Under the pieces are notes generated by a model. The model was not told the DNA's origin and made no database searches. It saw only the letters and a list, made by a program, of their open reading frames with translations. Both the position numbers and the translations under genes were made by a program. 64,000 nucleotides of DNA from Octopus bimaculoides (lineage: Eukaryota): contig NC_068985.1 of assembly GCF_001194135.2 (NCBI RefSeq), forward strand, positions 72,070,640 to 72,134,639, in the 5' to 3' direction. Every line of letters begins with the position of its first letter. The stretch's first letter is position 1. This document shows positions 1-64,000 of the stretch, piece after piece.

Positions 1-2184
1 AGCTCATGTCAATCATGATGCCAAAGATCCCTGAAAGTTTTATCTGAATCCATCCAGCGGTTCTTGAGATATCTTGCGCACGACAAACATACATGACTGG
101 AAACAATACCTCCACCTTAGCGAAAGTGGAGGTAATAATAATAATAATTCTGAAATGAAGATCAAATATATAGTATATGTGTTTAATTGCCAATAATGAC
201 CATCACCAAGTATAGCTCATTTAAGTCATTAGACTGCAACCATGCTGATGAAAATTTTGCTGAATGAATCAACCCCAGTTCTTATTCCTTTTTTTAAGTC
301 TGGTACTTATTTTGTTGGTCTGTTTTGTTGAACTGCTAAGTTATGGGGATGTAAACACAACAACGTTGGTTGTCAAGCAGTGGTAGTAGTGAGGGACAAA
401 CACAAACATAAAGATACACACACACATATACACGATGGGCTTTTTTCCGTTTCCACTCACAAGGCTTTGGCCAATCGAAGGCTATAGTAGAAGACACTTG
501 CCTAAGGTGTCATGCAATGGAACTGAACCCAGAACCATGTGGTTGGGAATCAAGCTTCTTACCACACAGCCCTACGTATATATATATTTAATTGGCATTT
601 ATTGAATAGATCAAGGCAGATCAAAGTGAAGCACACTTCTTATTATGGCTAGACACTATGACACAATTCAGCAGATAAAACAATTCATTCAGTTAGCAAA
701 ATCCAGAGTTGTATGGTATCCTGTAAATCTAAGAGTAACCAAAGTCAATTGGAACTTTAAGTGTGGTGTAATATAATAATAAAACAAACAGATTTTATGG
801 TATGTCTACAAATATTTCATTAAGAAATTTTACTGTCACATTACATCATACAAGTAGACATGTATTGACGTGCAATATCCATAAGATTATGCTGCATTTT
901 CCTGTTTTAATTATTGTATAGCAGAAGATTTGAGAGATTCTGTGTAATGCTTTGTATAATCATATGGATATTGCTTGTCTATACATGCCTGTTTGTATGA
1001 TGTTACATCACAATAAAATTTCTTCATGAAACATTTCTGGATATACCATAAAATTCATTTGTCTATTTTTGAGGTCGTTTGGTTGGTTGGTTGGTTGGCT
1101 TCCTTCCTTCCTTTCTTTCTCAAATGAAGATCAAGATCTCAAAAAAAAAAAGGACACAGTACATAATGCAGAGTATATATTCATTTGTTACTGATGAAAT
1201 ATCTTACAATTGTATAATTGTGATTAGTATCTTTGAAAAGATACTTATATATTGGAACAGTTGTATAATTGTATTCATTCTTCATAAATGTATCATCATC
1301 ATCATCATTTATTGTCCCTTTTTGTATACTGGCCTGAGCTGGACTATACAACAAGAACTGATACACCATAGGACTATGCCAAGCTCTAGTGTCTGCTTTG
1401 GCATGGTGTCTTTAGCTGGATGCTCTTCTTAATGCCAACTGCTTTATTGAGTGTTTGGGGTGCTTTACATTTTGTGGCACTAGCACTAGTGATGTCACTA
1501 AGTGTATAATATTGAAAGAGGTGAAAGTATTATAGAGGGAGAAAAAAGGTGTGTGTGTGTGTGAGTGTGTATTGATTCAACATGTTTTTCCATGCTAATA
1601 TGGCTTGGATGGGGATTTGTTAGAAGTAAGATTTTTTTGCCCAGATTGTGTTTTTGTTGCTAACCCTTATTGCTTTTTTTTTTTTTTTACAAGTAAGGGA
1701 ATTTTTATTTTACATGTCTTTAGAAACCTCAGAGTAACTGGTTGTAATGACAAAAAGGAATGTAACCGTAATCATTGTTTCACTCAAATGATGACAAAAA
1801 AGAAATGTAAAAATTCATACACACACAAACTTGCATGTGCGCGCGCACACACACACACACACACACAAACAAATTTCTTGCGGGTTCTGCTTTTCTAAAT
1901 TCACTTTCAAGGCATTCATTAGCCCTAGGCTATAGTAGAAGATATGAAAGGTGCTGTGCAGTGGGACTGAACACATAACCATGTGATTATAAAGGAAACT
2001 TCTGAACTGCACAGCCATGCTTACACACATGCAATCTTGATATTGTAGCCTCAGAAAAAATTCATAATTCATATGAACTTTCATTGAGCACTTTGGTGAG
2101 AAATACCTTGCTGAACCTAATTGAGATACATGCTGTGATGTATATGTGTTTTGTTACTGAGTATGCATTACCTATGTACACACT

Positions 2185-2228
<44 letters not shown>

Positions 2229-2370
2229 AGCATGTATTTATATATGTTTGTCTGTATTGATAACAAACATTTGCCGTTATGTAATTACATGTAAGTAGTG
2301 CACGTATGATCACAAACACATAGAAATACACATTTTCTAATTAGTTGTATGTGTTGTGTATTTATTACAG

Positions 2371-63442
<61,072 letters not shown>

Positions 63443-64000
63443 GTAAGTAAAGCAGAAAGACACGAGTCTCTTGTATGTAAGATAGGTTACGTACTGAGTC
63501 AAGCATGCATATTTTTTTTCTTGTACTGTATCATCATCTTCTTCTTCAGCATCCATCTTCCTGTTGCAAATATCTTTCCTTTTTCTCTGCTATATTTTTC
63601 TGTTAACTTCAGACTTTGGCTTACAGTTGGTCTGGAGTTTTAATGAATCCAGGCTTCTATTGACCACTGTTCATATTTCAGTCTAGTACTTACACTGATC
63701 TGTATCAAATAACCAAGTTTTGCATTTTCTGCATCAAGGGATGTAACATGACATTGATTTACACAGGCATATATGCACACATTTATATACACATGCATGC
63801 ACACAAACACACACATATGCTCTCTGGATTTCAATGAAGTTTCCATCCATATAATTATACCCAAAATGTTTTAAGCTACCCAAGGCTGTGGTGGAAGACA
63901 TCTGACTAAAGGGCCGAACATGGTTTCAAACCTAGAACATTCATTTGCAAAACAAACTTCTTAACCACATAACTACTCATTTCCCCATGGATATATATAT

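Overview
This is AT-rich, microsatellite- and SINE-dense eukaryotic genomic DNA with five N-gaps. The repeat landscape suggests an octopod cephalopod (inference from pattern recognition, not a database search). The window lies entirely inside one + strand gene, a Roundabout (Robo) axon-guidance receptor. I reconstructed 11 consecutive coding exons (2371-63442; 1688 nt, 562 complete codons, no stops, all splice phases compatible) encoding the C-terminal part of Ig3, then Ig4, Ig5, FN3-1, FN3-2 and FN3-3. Ig1-2 and the TM/cytoplasmic exons lie outside the window. Three exons (51581-51731, 55427-55545, 61392-61507) are absent from the ORF track, and one intron (31596-36439) needs a GC donor. The introns hold decayed transposons: three Tc1/mariner lineages (maT/DD37D-like, DD36E, DD41D), Tc1/mariner and piggyBac MITEs, RTE, R4/Dong-like and CR1-like LINE fragments, at least four SINE families and several unclassified repeats. 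I found no RNA genes, CRISPR arrays or prokaryotic systems, and I cannot support a wholly new biological system. The best leads are a DD36E Tc1 copy, the GC-AG intron, inverted repeat pairs flanking Robo exons, a motif-dense candidate enhancer, unusual Cys pairs in the FN3 domains, and a degenerate repeat/spacer-like array. Exon coordinates are exact; repeat boundaries are approximate unless termini are quoted.
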